From: a virus
Lineage: Duplodnaviria > Caudoviricetes
DNA: 56,589 nt
Strand: one strand, 5' to 3'
Virus record (IMG/VR): IMGVR_UViG_3300049893_000970
Coordinates: 1-56,589 of that record
In this document: positions 27,018-38,409 of the stretch, in pieces
Layout: every line of letters starts with the position of its first letter
Numbering within the stretch: position 1 is the first letter of the stretch
The notes under the pieces: model-generated
Told to the model about the DNA's origin: nothing
The model's database searches: none
The model's input: only the letters and a program-made list of their open reading frames with translations
Translations under genes and position numbers: made by a program

Positions 27018-30000
27018 ATGGCAGAGCCGCTAGGCGTAGCGTTCGTCGAGATCGAGCCGGTCGCCGTCGGCTTCCGGGCGAAGTCGGAGGCGCTCCTGCG
27101 GTCGCAGCTTGCCGGTGCGTCGGCGTCCACTGCGGCGAGCGCGCGAGCCGCGGTCGGGCACCGGACGGAGGCGGCGGCGCTGGAGCAGAAGGCGGTCGCG
27201 GCGAACGGTGCGGCCGTCGCCGAGGAGCGAGCCGCAGCCGCCACGCTCGCGCATGGGAACGCATCGCTCGTCGCTGCGCGGCACGTCGGTGTCGAGGCCG
27301 CGTCGATGGCGGGCCTCGGACGGATTGCGACCGCATCGACGGGCGCGCTGGCCGCTGCCGCTGCGACGGGGTTCGTTCTCTTCCAGTCTGCGGAGGCAGC
27401 CGACCACTTCGCTCACTCCCTGCACGAGTTGGAGAACGCGACCGGCGCGACAGAGGTGGAGTTGCGTGCGGCTGCGGATGCAGCGAAGGACCTCGGGCAT
27501 GACATGGACTTGCCGCTGACGACCGCGAACGACGCGGCAGAAGCGATCAGCCTCCTCGCCAGGTCCGGCTTCGACCTTCAGGACTCCATGACCGCCGCCC
27601 GTGGGTCGCTGCTGCTCGCTGCCGCGTCGGGCCAGACCATCGAGAACTCGGTGAGGGAAGTAGACCGAGTGCTCGATGCCTTCAACCTCACCGCTGCCGA
27701 CTCCGAGCGGGTGGCAGATGCGGTCGCCACCGGACTCAAGTACACGCAGGGCAACGCGGAGGAGTTCGCCCAGGCGCTTGCCACCATCGCGCCCGCTGCC
27801 GACTCGCTCGGCCTCAGCCTGGAGGACACGAACACCCTCGTGCTCCAGCTTGCAGAGTCCGGCCTCTCGACCACGGCTGCGGCAGGGTCGCTGCGGCAGG
27901 CGTTCCTGAAGCTCGCCGCTGGCGGCAAGGGCGTGGATGACGGACTCGCCAGGATCGGCCTGAAGATGGCAGACCTCCGCGACGAGTTGGGGCGGCTGCG
28001 CCCGGATGCGTTCGTGATCCTCGCCGACGCCCTCAGGGGTGTTAGCCGCGAGCAGCAACTCCTGATCCTCACGCAGATCTTCTCCCGCCGAGCGGCGCTC
28101 GGGGTCATCCGGATCATCGAGCAGCAGCGCGTGGGCTACGAACTCATGGCCGAGAAGGCTCGACAGAGCGGGACGGCTCAGGAAGAGGCGGGCGTGAAGG
28201 CGGCGAACCTCTCGGGGCAGTTTCAGGAGTTGAAGGAGAACCTCCAGGACATCGCCCTCGTCATCGGCGAGCGCGTGCTGCCGCCGATCCTCGCGCTGAC
28301 GGAGGCGCTCAACAAAGGCATCGGGCCACTGGCTGACTGGATCGGAAAGATCCAGGACCTCACCGGGGGCAGCCTCTTCGATCAGATCGGCAGGGCGGTA
28401 GAGGGAGCCGAGAACACCGTCAACTTCTTCGACAAGATCTTCGGCGGCGAGGGCACGGTGTTCATCACTCCGCAGGTCGAGACGGTCGCCCTCCACAACC
28501 AGGTCACGAAGGCCCGCAAGGACATCCAGGACCTCACCAACGAGTTCGCCAAGTCGAAGGGCGTGTTCGGCCAGACCAGCCTCACCGCGACCAACGAGTT
28601 CGTGGTCGGACTCCAGAAGGTGCGGGACTCGATCCGCGACACCACGCCCGAGGGAAAGAAGGCCCGCGAGGAGATCCAGAAGCTCATCCGTGCCGTGCAG
28701 GAGGGCAAGGACCTGCCGCCGATCCAACTCGGTCTGATGGTGGACTTCGACGCGGGGCAGACCGGACTCACCGGGAAGCAGGCCGCGCAACAGACCCGAC
28801 AAGCCTGGGACGAGGTGTTCGAGGCCGCGTTCCCGGCGATCACCTTGCAGGGCGAGCGGATGGTCGATGCGCTGCTCGCCGGGGTGGACAACAAGAAGGG
28901 CGACGTACACGACGCTGGCGAGAACACCGTGCGGCAGTTCTCGCTCGGTGCCCAGGTCGCCATCGCGCAGGCCGCTGGAGACGAGGCAGCAGAACTCGCC
29001 GCCCTGCAACAGCAACTCGCCAACGCCATCGCGCATCAGCGGCGGATGGAGCGGCTGTTCAAGACGCACGATGTGAACGAGCAGGCCGTCATCAACGCAG
29101 CGAACCGAGTCGCGGCCATCCGTGGTCAGATCGCGTCGATCCGGGCGAGCCAACAGGCGGACGCGGCAGCGGCGGCATCGGACGCATCGGCGCGTGCGGC
29201 CGAGATTGCGGCGGCGGCGGACAAGCGTGACCAGGACTTCATCAAGAAGCAACAGCGACGGCTCCAGCAGCGTCAGACGGCCGTCTCGACAGCGTCGCAG
29301 ACCGAGCCGCTGGCCGACGACATCCGCGCTGACATCAAACTGCGGAACGCGCTGCGCGTGATGATCGCAGCGACGCGCGCGCGCATCCGGCAGGCCCGGG
29401 CGGCTGGCAGGGACACCGAGGCACTGGCCGACCAGCTTGCGAACCTCCGGATGTCACGGAACCAGGTCCGCCGCGAGATCGCACGCCTCCAGGCTGACGC
29501 GAAGGCGCAGGCTGCGGAGACGCGGGTCGAGAACGCGCAACTCGACCTCCAGATCGCCGAGGCCCGCTTCGGCGACGACCCGACCGCGGCACAGACGAAC
29601 CGACTGATCGCTCTGCACCAGCGGATCATCCGCGCACTCAAGAAGCAGCAGTCACTCGTCAAGCGCAGGTCGGTCGAGTGGAAGCGGCTCCAGTTGGAGA
29701 TCGAGCAGGAGCGGGCTGCGATCCGCGACGCCAGGAACGCGACGAGCGCGAGTGGCAGCGAGGGCGCATCCTTCAGCCAGCAGGCGTTCTCGTTCCTGAC
29801 CACGCAGCAGGGGTTCTTCGCCAACGTGTCGAGCAACGTGTTCCCTGGCGGGACGGCAGGCGGCGCGGTCGGTGGCAGCAGCACTACCGGCGGCGGCATC
29901 GGCCGTATCCCACAGTCCGCCCTCAAGGTCTCGTCGCCGTTCCGTCCGAAGACGGCGCTGGCCGAGGCGGAACTGGATCGCAAGACGGGCATGACACAGG

Positions 30001-30131
30001 CACAGGCTTCGGTCCTGATCCACCTCCAGCGGCAGACGCTGAAGGCGCTGCAAGACCTCCATCGCGGAGCCGGACACCCGGAGCTTCGCAAGGCGACGGC
30101 GCGTGGAGGCGCGTCGATGGACACCCAGTAG
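27018..30131 (+). CDS. Tape measure protein (TP901-like core)
   Basis: 1037 aa, Ala-rich helical; AEAISLLARSG, AAGSLRQAF. Confidence 0.92.
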   Translation: MAEPLGVAFVEIEPVAVGFRAKSEALLRSQLAGASASTAASARAAVGHRTEAAALEQKAVAANGAAVAEERAAAATLAHGNASLVAARHVGVEAASMAGLGRIATASTGALAAAAATGFVLFQSAEAADHFAHSLHELENATGATEVELRAAADAAKDLGHDMDLPLTTANDAAEAISLLARSGFDLQDSMTAARGSLLLAAASGQTIENSVREVDRVLDAFNLTAADSERVADAVATGLKYTQGNAEEFAQALATIAPAADSLGLSLEDTNTLVLQLAESGLSTTAAAGSLRQAFLKLAAGGKGVDDGLARIGLKMADLRDELGRLRPDAFVILADALRGVSREQQLLILTQIFSRRAALGVIRIIEQQRVGYELMAEKARQSGTAQEEAGVKAANLSGQFQELKENLQDIALVIGERVLPPILALTEALNKGIGPLADWIGKIQDLTGGSLFDQIGRAVEGAENTVNFFDKIFGGEGTVFITPQVETVALHNQVTKARKDIQDLTNEFAKSKGVFGQTSLTATNEFVVGLQKVRDSIRDTTPEGKKAREEIQKLIRAVQEGKDLPPIQLGLMVDFDAGQTGLTGKQAAQQTRQAWDEVFEAAFPAITLQGERMVDALLAGVDNKKGDVHDAGENTVRQFSLGAQVAIAQAAGDEAAELAALQQQLANAIAHQRRMERLFKTHDVNEQAVINAANRVAAIRGQIASIRASQQADAAAAASDASARAAEIAAAADKRDQDFIKKQQRRLQQRQTAVSTASQTEPLADDIRADIKLRNALRVMIAATRARIRQARAAGRDTEALADQLANLRMSRNQVRREIARLQADAKAQAAETRVENAQLDLQIAEARFGDDPTAAQTNRLIALHQRIIRALKKQQSLVKRRSVEWKRLQLEIEQERAAIRDARNATSASGSEGASFSQQAFSFLTTQQGFFANVSSNVFPGGTAGGAVGGSSTTGGGIGRIPQSALKVSSPFRPKTALAEAELDRKTGMTQAQASVLIHLQRQTLKALQDLHRGAGHPELRKATARGGASMDTQ

Positions 30132-30605
30132 ATGCCGGACATCGCCGCCGCATACACGCTCGACGTGCCGACCGCGACCACCATCGTGTTCAACAACGGC
30201 GGTCGGCTGCGCGACGGCCAGGACTACTACTGGCTGACGAACCTGGAGGGGTTGGACGGCCCGCCGATCCGAGCGCCCATCGACGACCGCCCGCAGACTG
30301 ACGGCGGGCTGGTGCACGACTTCTACCTCGGGCCGCGCCACATCCTCGTCGAGGGCTTCTTCCTGATCCAGTCCACCGAGGTCTACTCGCAGATCGTCAC
30401 GATCCGGAACGACATGGAGGCGGCACTGCTCGCGGCGCACATGGACATCCTGCGAGCGGACGGCACCTGGTCATGGACGCCGCTCGGCGAGTCGGCGCGC
30501 TCGCTCACCGTGCGCGGCGACGTGCCGGTGAATTTCCGCCACATCGACAACTACCGGACGCTGGCCTTCTCTTTCGGCCTCGTCGCGGCAGACCCGACCT
30601 GGTGA
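30132..30605 (+). CDS. Distal tail protein-like
   Basis: After TMP; DRPQTDG, GPRHI, LVAADP. Confidence 0.7.
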   Translation: MPDIAAAYTLDVPTATTIVFNNGGRLRDGQDYYWLTNLEGLDGPPIRAPIDDRPQTDGGLVHDFYLGPRHILVEGFFLIQSTEVYSQIVTIRNDMEAALLAAHMDILRADGTWSWTPLGESARSLTVRGDVPVNFRHIDNYRTLAFSFGLVAADPTW

Positions 30606-30608
30606 GCG

Positions 30609-31844
30609 ATGGCGGCGAGCCTCGACCTCCGTTTCCGTGACGGCACGCTCATCAACGACATCGCCTCAGTCGCCAGTGACAAGAAGGTCACTCGGCGGCT
30701 GAACCGTCCGGCCAAGCTGGAGTTCGTCGTCCCGAGCGACCACGCGCTCATCAACACGGTCGAAGCGGACGGGCACCCGTCTCTCGCGGCGGGCTACCGA
30801 CAGATCAGCGTCGAGCTTGACGGACCCGGCCTCTACTTCCACGGCATCGTGTGGCTGCTGGAGGACGAGGGCGACGAGAACATCTCGCGCACGAAGGTCA
30901 CGTGCTACGACCCGATGGTCGTCTGGAACCATCGTCCCGCCCGCGACGGCGAGGCGAGCGGCGACGCGGGCGACTTCTCCGACCCGACCTTCATCCAGCG
31001 CAACCAGAGCGGGCCTCAGATCATGGAGGAGATCCTCACGCAGTCGGAGAACACGCCCGACCCGATCACGACGCCAGCCGACGCCGAGGGACCGCTGTTC
31101 ATCGACCTCGCCGCGAGCACGTTCGCTGTCGGCGGCGCAGACCTGTCAGGCGCTCCGATGAACTTCCCCATGAGCATCGGCGAGGTCGCCACGCTGCTGA
31201 CGAACACGGGCGAACTGGACATCTACATCGAGCCGATCATCCACGTCCCGGGCGGCGGCACGCTCTCGAACATGGCCGAGGTCCACTGCTACAACGGCGA
31301 CTTCGGGACCGACCTGACGGCGACCGTCAACTTCGACTACGCGACCGGCGACTTCAACGCCCGCCACTTCAAGCGGTCGGACTCGATGGAGCAGATCTGC
31401 ACGAAGCTCGTGTACTACCTCGGGCCGCGCCTCGACATCCAGCACTGGCGGTCGAGCGTGACTGGCTCGCTCCTGCTCCCGGCGAACCCGGCGCTTGAGG
31501 CTCTCGTCCACGCGGCGCGCTCGGAGCTAGGCGTGTTCATGGATCTGGAGTTCTACGACAACGCAGGCAACGAGGCGAGCGCCCGCCCGCTGTACGTCAC
31601 GCTCTGGCTGCTGGAGTCGCTCCTGCGGACGAAGCCGAGGGAGATGCTGTACGTCACGCCGGTCCGTGGGATCGCGCCGGGGTCGTTCAACATCGGCGAT
31701 GTGATCACGGTCAACATCGGGTCGAAGGCGCGGCGGGCGACGGCGGGCGAGCAGCGCATCTATGGCTTCACCGTCACCATCGACGACGACGGCGTCGAGG
31801 AGCTTGACGAGTTCATGTGTTCCCCCGACCAGGACTCGATCTGA
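30609..31844 (+). CDS. Minor tail/hub protein
   Basis: VTRRLNRP and FNIGDVITV; position after Dit. Confidence 0.7.
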   Translation: MAASLDLRFRDGTLINDIASVASDKKVTRRLNRPAKLEFVVPSDHALINTVEADGHPSLAAGYRQISVELDGPGLYFHGIVWLLEDEGDENISRTKVTCYDPMVVWNHRPARDGEASGDAGDFSDPTFIQRNQSGPQIMEEILTQSENTPDPITTPADAEGPLFIDLAASTFAVGGADLSGAPMNFPMSIGEVATLLTNTGELDIYIEPIIHVPGGGTLSNMAEVHCYNGDFGTDLTATVNFDYATGDFNARHFKRSDSMEQICTKLVYYLGPRLDIQHWRSSVTGSLLLPANPALEALVHAARSELGVFMDLEFYDNAGNEASARPLYVTLWLLESLLRTKPREMLYVTPVRGIAPGSFNIGDVITVNIGSKARRATAGEQRIYGFTVTIDDDGVEELDEFMCSPDQDSI

Positions 31845-33502
31845 TGAGCCGCCCCATCTACGAGGACACCGACCAGACGCAGATCTCGAAGGCACGCTGG
31901 CGCGGCACCGACCTCCAGCGCCGCCCGCTCGCTGGCCGCTGGATCCAGCCGCAGGGCACGTTCGCCGACACACCGCCCGCTGATCGCCCTGCACCGCCCG
32001 ACCTCCAGAACGGATGGGAGCAGCCCGACGACGGCGATACCGATCAGGAGGACCTGGCGAAGCACGAGTTCCGCTGGCACGCGGACGGCTCGCTGGAGTT
32101 CAAGGGCTACCTGATCCCGGGCACCTGGGACGCGCTCGCGTACACGCTGCCGAGCGCCATCGACGTCGAGCCGGACTACGTCCCGACGAAGAACGTCTCG
32201 TTCCTCATCGACGTGTTCGACCCCGGCACCAACGAGTTCCAGGTCGGGCGGCTGCTGGTGTACGGCGTGAACCACGCGAACGCCGGACAGGTCTGGATCT
32301 TCCAGGAGGCGGCTGCGGGGTCAGTCGGCGCGACAGGAGCCGCTGGCGGACAGGGAGCTACCGGAGCCACTGGATCGCAGGGAGCTACCGGCACGCCCGC
32401 AGGGGCGACGGGGAACACTGGGGCGACCGGAGCGAATGGAGCGACAGGTGCGACCGGAGCGACCGGGGCTGGCGCGACAGGCGCGACGGGTCCGCAGGGT
32501 GCTACGGGAAGCCCTGGCGGCGCGACGGGCGCGACGGGTCCGGCGGGAAGCCCTGGCGGCGCGACAGGTGCGACGGGCGCGACGGGCGCGACGGGCGACG
32601 CGGGCGAGACGGGAGCCACCGGAGCCGACGGTGTTCCCGGTCCGTTCGGCGGCGGCGTGGCGATCAGCTACGCGTTCTCGACCACCACCACCGATAGCGA
32701 TCCCGGCAACGGCGTCCTGCGCCTCAACAACGCGACCCAGTCGAGCGCGACCGTCATCCGCGCCGATCTGCTCGATGCCATCGGGAACGACTGGACGGCG
32801 GTGCTTGACTCGTTCGACGACTCATCGAGCACGGTCAAGGGCCACATCCGCCTCGCCACCAACGACCTCCTCAACTGGATCGTGTTCACGGTCTCGGCGG
32901 TGGCAAGCCCGAGCGGCTACCGGAACATCACCGTCGCCGTCGTGGACTCGTCTGCGACCAACCCGTTCACCGATGGTGAGGACATCACCCTCCTCTTCAC
33001 GCGCACGGGCGACTCTGGCGTCGGCGCGACGGGCGCGACCGGGGCGCAGGGTGCGACCGGGGCGCAGGGCAGCACCGGGGCGACTGGCGCAGGCGCGACC
33101 GGGGCGACCGGAGCGACGGGAGCCGTCGGCAACCCGCAGGTGCAGTGCAAGGTCATCGCGGACGCTACGACCGTCACGACCGGAGACGGCAAGGGGTCGT
33201 TCCTGATCGACGACAGCCTGAACGGGAAGAACCTGGTGGACGCCGACGCAGCCGTGGTCACGGCTTCATCGAGCGGGACGCCGACGGTGCAGCTTCGGCG
33301 GGTACGGAGCGGCTCTCCGGTTGACATGCTCTCGACCGCAATCACTATCGACGCGAACGAGTTGGACTCGTACTCGGCCGCGACGCAGCCGGTTATCAAC
33401 GGCTCCAACGACGACGTGCAGACGGGTGATCGCATCTTCTTCGACGTGGACGTGGCGGGCACGGGCACGAAGGGGCTGGACGTGCAGATGGAGTTCCAGT
33501 AG
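31844..33502 (+). CDS. Collagen-like (Gly-Ala-Thr) tail fibre protein 2
   Basis: LQNGW N-terminal domain, GAT tracts, DPGNG.LRLNN domain and C-terminal domain. Confidence 0.85.
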   Translation: MSRPIYEDTDQTQISKARWRGTDLQRRPLAGRWIQPQGTFADTPPADRPAPPDLQNGWEQPDDGDTDQEDLAKHEFRWHADGSLEFKGYLIPGTWDALAYTLPSAIDVEPDYVPTKNVSFLIDVFDPGTNEFQVGRLLVYGVNHANAGQVWIFQEAAAGSVGATGAAGGQGATGATGSQGATGTPAGATGNTGATGANGATGATGATGAGATGATGPQGATGSPGGATGATGPAGSPGGATGATGATGATGDAGETGATGADGVPGPFGGGVAISYAFSTTTTDSDPGNGVLRLNNATQSSATVIRADLLDAIGNDWTAVLDSFDDSSSTVKGHIRLATNDLLNWIVFTVSAVASPSGYRNITVAVVDSSATNPFTDGEDITLLFTRTGDSGVGATGATGAQGATGAQGSTGATGAGATGATGATGAVGNPQVQCKVIADATTVTTGDGKGSFLIDDSLNGKNLVDADAAVVTASSSGTPTVQLRRVRSGSPVDMLSTAITIDANELDSYSAATQPVINGSNDDVQTGDRIFFDVDVAGTGTKGLDVQMEFQ

Positions 33503-35055
33503 TGGCGATTGTCGATGAAGGGTCACTAGGCAGCGCGAACGAAAAGACCAGCGACAACGCCATCGCGATGACCACGACGCAGGATGCCAACGTGGGGGAT
33601 GCGATCATCGTCGTCACCGCCTGGGACAACAACAACGGGACCACCATTGCGGGGCCAGCCAACAGCGCCTGGACGATCAGCGATGATGGCGGCAACTCGT
33701 ACTCCATTCTCTTCGGAGGAGAGGATGCGAGTTCGAATGGCCGCTCCGCGCTCGGCGTCTACATAGCCATCGTTGCTGGATCGACACTCTCCTCCGGGGC
33801 GACGATCACGGCAACGTACAACTCCAGCCGCACGGCCAAATCGATCACGGCCCACCGCTTCTCGATGGACGGGACGGGATTGCGTATCGCCTTCCGCGAC
33901 CTATGGTTCCGGCGCGCCGCTGACCCGACTGCCTTCTGGGTTCAGTACGAGGACCTGTCAGCCGAGATGGGCACGAGCGAGATTCTCGCGATCTATGCCA
34001 TGTCCGCTGAAGGGCCGAACACGGACGCCTACACATTCACGGACACTGAGAACGGCGACACTTGGACGACGCTCGGAGCCGACGATGGTACGACCGGCTC
34101 GACCGACGACACGAACATGCACCACCGGGCACGGTTCATCATTCGCTCGGGGGGAGATGCGGTTGCGGAGGAGTTCCAGTGCGACAGCGACACCGCCGAC
34201 CGCGACTACACGCAGGGCGGCGTTCTGTTGACGGAGATCGCTTCCTCGCCTCCGACTATCCCCCCCGTACCGGACATCTATGACGGCACGGTGGCACAAC
34301 ACGACCGCCGCATCGGGGCCAACAGCATCGGCAAGGGGGTCCAGCCAACGTCGGTGAGCATCACCGCTGGCCGGACGTTCTACCTCCCGCTCGCGGGAGC
34401 GCCGGTCGGTGCGTTTCTCATCGTCACGGCGGCTTCGGACAACAACGCCACGGTCACGGAGACTGGCCCCACGGACACCGCAACCGAGATCACGGACTCA
34501 GCCGGGAACACATGGACGGAGTTATCCGGAGCACAGCACGCGCAGGCGAGCGAGAGCGGAAGTGCCGTGTGGCAATACGTCTGCATCGTGCAGAACGAGA
34601 TACCTCGGGGCGGCTACATCACCCTGCGATTGCCGAACGCGACCGGCCTTTATGCGTGGGCGGCTGAGGCGCATCTGTGGTCGCTGGAGGGCGGCACCTA
34701 CACCGTCGAGCAGCGGGCGATGGCGAAGGGCACGAACGCCGATCCCACGGACGCCGCTCTCTCCGCCATGACGAGCCGCAAGTACCTCATCATCGGGACT
34801 GTCGCGGCAGAATGGGGCACAAACCAGACCTACACCCTTGATGGCGACTACACGACCTTCACGCCTGTCGGATTCGACGGCGGGAACGAATCTTCGATGA
34901 CCGAGATCATGGTGTACCGCATCGCCACGCTTACCGCTGACACCTTCTCGTTCTCGATGGCTAACGCTACCGACTCCACCGTGATGCTCACGGCGGTCTA
35001 CAACGATGTCGTGGCTACCCCATTCACGCAGCAGACCCGACGCTGGGCGGCTTGA
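33502..35055 (+). CDS. Virion protein with two similar beta-rich domains
   Basis: IIVVTAWDN..ISDDGGNSY and LIVTAASDN..ITDSAGNTW; more A/T-ending codons than neighbours. Confidence 0.65.
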   Translation: MAIVDEGSLGSANEKTSDNAIAMTTTQDANVGDAIIVVTAWDNNNGTTIAGPANSAWTISDDGGNSYSILFGGEDASSNGRSALGVYIAIVAGSTLSSGATITATYNSSRTAKSITAHRFSMDGTGLRIAFRDLWFRRAADPTAFWVQYEDLSAEMGTSEILAIYAMSAEGPNTDAYTFTDTENGDTWTTLGADDGTTGSTDDTNMHHRARFIIRSGGDAVAEEFQCDSDTADRDYTQGGVLLTEIASSPPTIPPVPDIYDGTVAQHDRRIGANSIGKGVQPTSVSITAGRTFYLPLAGAPVGAFLIVTAASDNNATVTETGPTDTATEITDSAGNTWTELSGAQHAQASESGSAVWQYVCIVQNEIPRGGYITLRLPNATGLYAWAAEAHLWSLEGGTYTVEQRAMAKGTNADPTDAALSAMTSRKYLIIGTVAAEWGTNQTYTLDGDYTTFTPVGFDGGNESSMTEIMVYRIATLTADTFSFSMANATDSTVMLTAVYNDVVATPFTQQTRRWAA

Positions 35056-36444
35056 GTGCCGGGGTCCTTCACGTACCGCTCGCTGCCCGATCCCTCGGCC
35101 GCGCTCGTGGACAAGAGCCAGCGCCTGTGGCTCGTGATGAACTCGACCGACCAGGCGGTCGGCACGCTCACCCTGAGCGGCACTGGGACCGTCTCCGTGC
35201 CCGGCCTCGGCTTCCAGCCCGATGTGATCGTGCTGACTTCCGCGCGCAAGGCGGGCGCGTCCTCTCACTGCCAGTACGCAGTCGGCTGCGCGGACGCGAA
35301 CGCCCAGTGGTCCTACGGGATCAACGTCCGCCACGCGACCAGCCCTGAGAACTTCACCCGTTGGCGCGAGGACGCCTGCTTCACCTTCATCACCTCGGGC
35401 GGCTTCGGCGTCATCAGCGAGCGCATCCGAGCGGTGCTCGACTCTCTCGACGCTGACGGGTTCACGCTCGACGTGGAGCAGCACGATCTCGGCGTGGGCC
35501 TGACGGTCGGCTACCTGGCGCTCGCGGGCAACTTCAAGGTCGGCATGGCGTCGATCCCGACTTCGACCGGCACGCAGGAGTTGAGCGGCATCGGCTTCGC
35601 CCCGAAAGGTGTGTGGCTCGCCTCGGCTCCCGGTCACGACGATCTCAGCATCGCGGCTCCCGTCTACGACCGGAAGGGATGGGACGTATGCAACGGCTTC
35701 GCCTCGGACATGGCGGGGATCAGCCAGGAGGCGATGTGGGGCGGCGCTAGGCACTCGGGCGTCCCGAACCGGAGCGCATCGCGGTGGGAGCACGTCGCGC
35801 TTCTCCTCGGACTCGGACCCTCGGGGTCGACCACGTGGACGATCCGCTGCCGCGCCGAGGCGGACGCGTTCCTCTCGGACTCCTTCCGCCTCGACTGGAC
35901 GACCGTGGACGGAGTGGCGAACAGGCGCTTCGCATATCTCGCCTGCGATGAGGCCGAGGCGGGCAGCTTCCAGATCACCTCCGACCCGTCGGGTGGTGCC
36001 GACCTCGACGTGGTGGTGCCGACCGAGATCGAGCCGCGCTCCATGATCTCGACCTCGACCGGCTACAACGGTCTGAGTGGAGCCACGATGGATGTCGTTC
36101 CAGACGAGTTCATGCAGTGCGGGCACGGCTACCTCGGCTTCGGCGCGAGCGAGCCGTGGGCACTCTTCTCGGGCGACGAGTTGTGCAGCGGACTCGGCCA
36201 GTCGAGCGGCGGACCATCGGGCGGCGGCTACCCGACCTGCAAGTGCTTCCTGCGGACCGGCTACCAGGGCTTCTCGTACTGGCACGACAACGCTTCCGGG
36301 TCCATCGACTCCACGCTCGTCGGGCAGGCGTTCGACGTGTGGGAGGCGCGTGCACCACTACGCATCCCGAGCCTCAACGCTAGGATCGACGCGAAGCGGA
36401 TGGGCAGCGCGACCCGAGCACTTCTGAACCCGAGCGACACGTGA
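35056..36444 (+). CDS. Virion/tail protein with internal repeats
   Basis: GLGFQPD/GIGFAPK and DGFTLD/DSFRLD repeats. Confidence 0.65.
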   Translation: MPGSFTYRSLPDPSAALVDKSQRLWLVMNSTDQAVGTLTLSGTGTVSVPGLGFQPDVIVLTSARKAGASSHCQYAVGCADANAQWSYGINVRHATSPENFTRWREDACFTFITSGGFGVISERIRAVLDSLDADGFTLDVEQHDLGVGLTVGYLALAGNFKVGMASIPTSTGTQELSGIGFAPKGVWLASAPGHDDLSIAAPVYDRKGWDVCNGFASDMAGISQEAMWGGARHSGVPNRSASRWEHVALLLGLGPSGSTTWTIRCRAEADAFLSDSFRLDWTTVDGVANRRFAYLACDEAEAGSFQITSDPSGGADLDVVVPTEIEPRSMISTSTGYNGLSGATMDVVPDEFMQCGHGYLGFGASEPWALFSGDELCSGLGQSSGGPSGGGYPTCKCFLRTGYQGFSYWHDNASGSIDSTLVGQAFDVWEARAPLRIPSLNARIDAKRMGSATRALLNPSDT

Positions 36445-37571
36445 CCCGCACGCTTCACGTCGTCGCCCTCCCGCACACGACGCTGACCGAGAAGGACGCG
36501 CAGTGCGCGTACTCGATGAAGCTGCTCAAGGCGGTGCCGATGTGGCGGGCGCAGGGCTGTCGGGTCATCCTCTACGGCCCGGACGAGATCGACTGCGAGC
36601 CGGACGAGCACGTGGTCATCACGACGGAGGCGGACCGGCTGCGCTGGGGCTACGGCGGACCGAAGGGCTACGACACGACCGCGCCGTTCGAGTGGGACGC
36701 GGGGCAGCCGTACTGGTTCGAGGCGAACGTGCGAGCCATCGACGCGCTCCGCGAGCGCCTCCCGGCCGACCGACGCGAGCACTACCTCTGCTTGGCGACG
36801 AGCGTGCAGGCGAAGATCGCAGACGAGGTCGCCGGTCCGAAGTGGAACAACCCGATCACCGTCGAGTGGGGCGTCGGCTACATCGGCATCGACAAGCGCG
36901 GCTGGTCGGCGTTCGAGTCGTACGCCTGGATGCACCACGTCTACGGCATCCGCGACATCGGCGACGGGCGGGCCTTCGACCAGGTCATCCCTAACTTCTT
37001 CGACGCGAGCCAGTTCAGCGTGACGCGCAAGCCTCGCTGCGACTACGTCCTGTTCATCGGGCGGATCATCAAGCGCAAGGGTCCGGACGTGGCTGCGGAG
37101 ATCGCCAAGCGGATCGGCGTGAAGCTGCTCGTCGCCGGTCCCGGCGCGAAGGAGGTCACGAAGGGCCGGATCGTCGGAGCCGATGACGTCGTCATCGAGG
37201 GCGACGTGGAACACGTCGGGTCCGTCGGGTTCGCCGAGCGGAACGAGTTGATGTCGAACGCCGCCGCGACCATCGTGCCCACGGTCTACATCGAGCCGTT
37301 CGGAGGCGTGGCCGTCGAGGCGATGCTGGCTGGCTGTCCAGTCGTCGCGTCCGACTGGGGCAGCTTCACCGAGATCGTGACGCCGGACGTCGGCGCTCGG
37401 TTCCGGACGCCGAAGCAGGGAGCCGAGGCGTTCGCCCGGGTCCAGTCGCTCAAGCGCAAGGACATCCGCCAGGCGGCGAAGGACCGCTACTCGCAGGCGG
37501 CGGTCGGCCCGATGTTCATGCGCTGGTTCGACCAACTCGACACGCTCTGGGGCAAGGGCTGGTACGAGTGA
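36441..37571 (+). CDS. GT4 (GT-B fold) glycosyltransferase
   Basis: LFIGRIIKRKG, EPFGGVAVEAMLAGCPVVASDWG. Confidence 0.93.
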   Translation: MTRTLHVVALPHTTLTEKDAQCAYSMKLLKAVPMWRAQGCRVILYGPDEIDCEPDEHVVITTEADRLRWGYGGPKGYDTTAPFEWDAGQPYWFEANVRAIDALRERLPADRREHYLCLATSVQAKIADEVAGPKWNNPITVEWGVGYIGIDKRGWSAFESYAWMHHVYGIRDIGDGRAFDQVIPNFFDASQFSVTRKPRCDYVLFIGRIIKRKGPDVAAEIAKRIGVKLLVAGPGAKEVTKGRIVGADDVVIEGDVEHVGSVGFAERNELMSNAAATIVPTVYIEPFGGVAVEAMLAGCPVVASDWGSFTEIVTPDVGARFRTPKQGAEAFARVQSLKRKDIRQAAKDRYSQAAVGPMFMRWFDQLDTLWGKGWYE

Positions 37572-38143
37572 GCGCCTTCGACGAGGCGGCGTGGTGGGGT
37601 GACTGCGGCAACACGTTCCACGAGGAGCAGAAGCAACTCGTCGCTGCCGAGCGTATGGGCCTGGTCGCGGAGTACGGTGGCGCTCATCCGCCGACCTTCG
37701 ATCTGGCCGGACGCTCGGTGCTCGACATCGGTGGCGGGCCAGTCTCGCTCCTGCTCAAGTGCAGGAACCGAGGGCGCTGCGTCGTGGTCGACCCCGCCGA
37801 CTTCCCGCCTTGGGTGTTCGCCCGCTACGAGCACTGCGGCATCGGCTTCTGGCACGGCCCGGCGGAGGCGCTCGACGGCCAGCCGCAGTTCGACGAGGCG
37901 TGGCTCTACAACGTCCTCCAGCACGTCGAGGATCCCGGACAGGTCATCGGCCAGGCCAGGGCATACGTGGGCGTCCTGCGCGTGTTCGAGTGGCTTCACG
38001 TCGATCCCTACCCAGGCCACCCTCACCGCCTGGAGCGCGAGCAGATGGACGAGTGGCTGGAGGGCTACGGCTACGTCGCCAAGCTCGACGACCGTGGCTG
38101 CGTCGGCACCGCCTACTACGGTGTCTTCCGAGGATCCTCCTAG
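37568..38143 (+). CDS. Class I SAM-dependent methyltransferase
   Basis: VLDIGGGP, NVLQHVEDP. Confidence 0.88.
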   Translation: MSAFDEAAWWGDCGNTFHEEQKQLVAAERMGLVAEYGGAHPPTFDLAGRSVLDIGGGPVSLLLKCRNRGRCVVVDPADFPPWVFARYEHCGIGFWHGPAEALDGQPQFDEAWLYNVLQHVEDPGQVIGQARAYVGVLRVFEWLHVDPYPGHPHRLEREQMDEWLEGYGYVAKLDDRGCVGTAYYGVFRGSS

Positions 38144-38169
38144 ACTGCGAGCGCATGGAGCAGCGATGA

Positions 38170-38409
38170 GTGAACGGGCACTTCCCCGCCCTCTTCCGCC
38201 TCGCACGAGACACGGCGATGGTTCTGCTGGGTCTGTTCATGCTGCTTCACGAGACCCTGGTCCGGACGCCACGCTTGGCGGTGATGGCGGTGGGGGTCCT
38301 GCTCCTCCTGGGACCGGCGGCGATCCGCACCATCATCGAGGCGTATCTCACGCGTGGGTCGGTAGCGTCATCGAGTTCGCGGACACCCGGCGATTCTGGG
38401 TCGTCGTAG
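38170..38409 (+). CDS. Two-TM membrane protein (lysis cassette)
   Basis: Two hydrophobic segments; RD..MVLLG...HE. Confidence 0.6.
   Translation: MNGHFPALFRLARDTAMVLLGLFMLLHETLVRTPRLAVMAVGVLLLLGPAAIRTIIEAYLTRGSVASSSSRTPGDSGSS

Noticed and set aside
31844-36444. Diversity-generating retroelement or invertible tail-fibre system
   Set aside because: No reverse transcriptase, invertase or TR/VR pair was seen.
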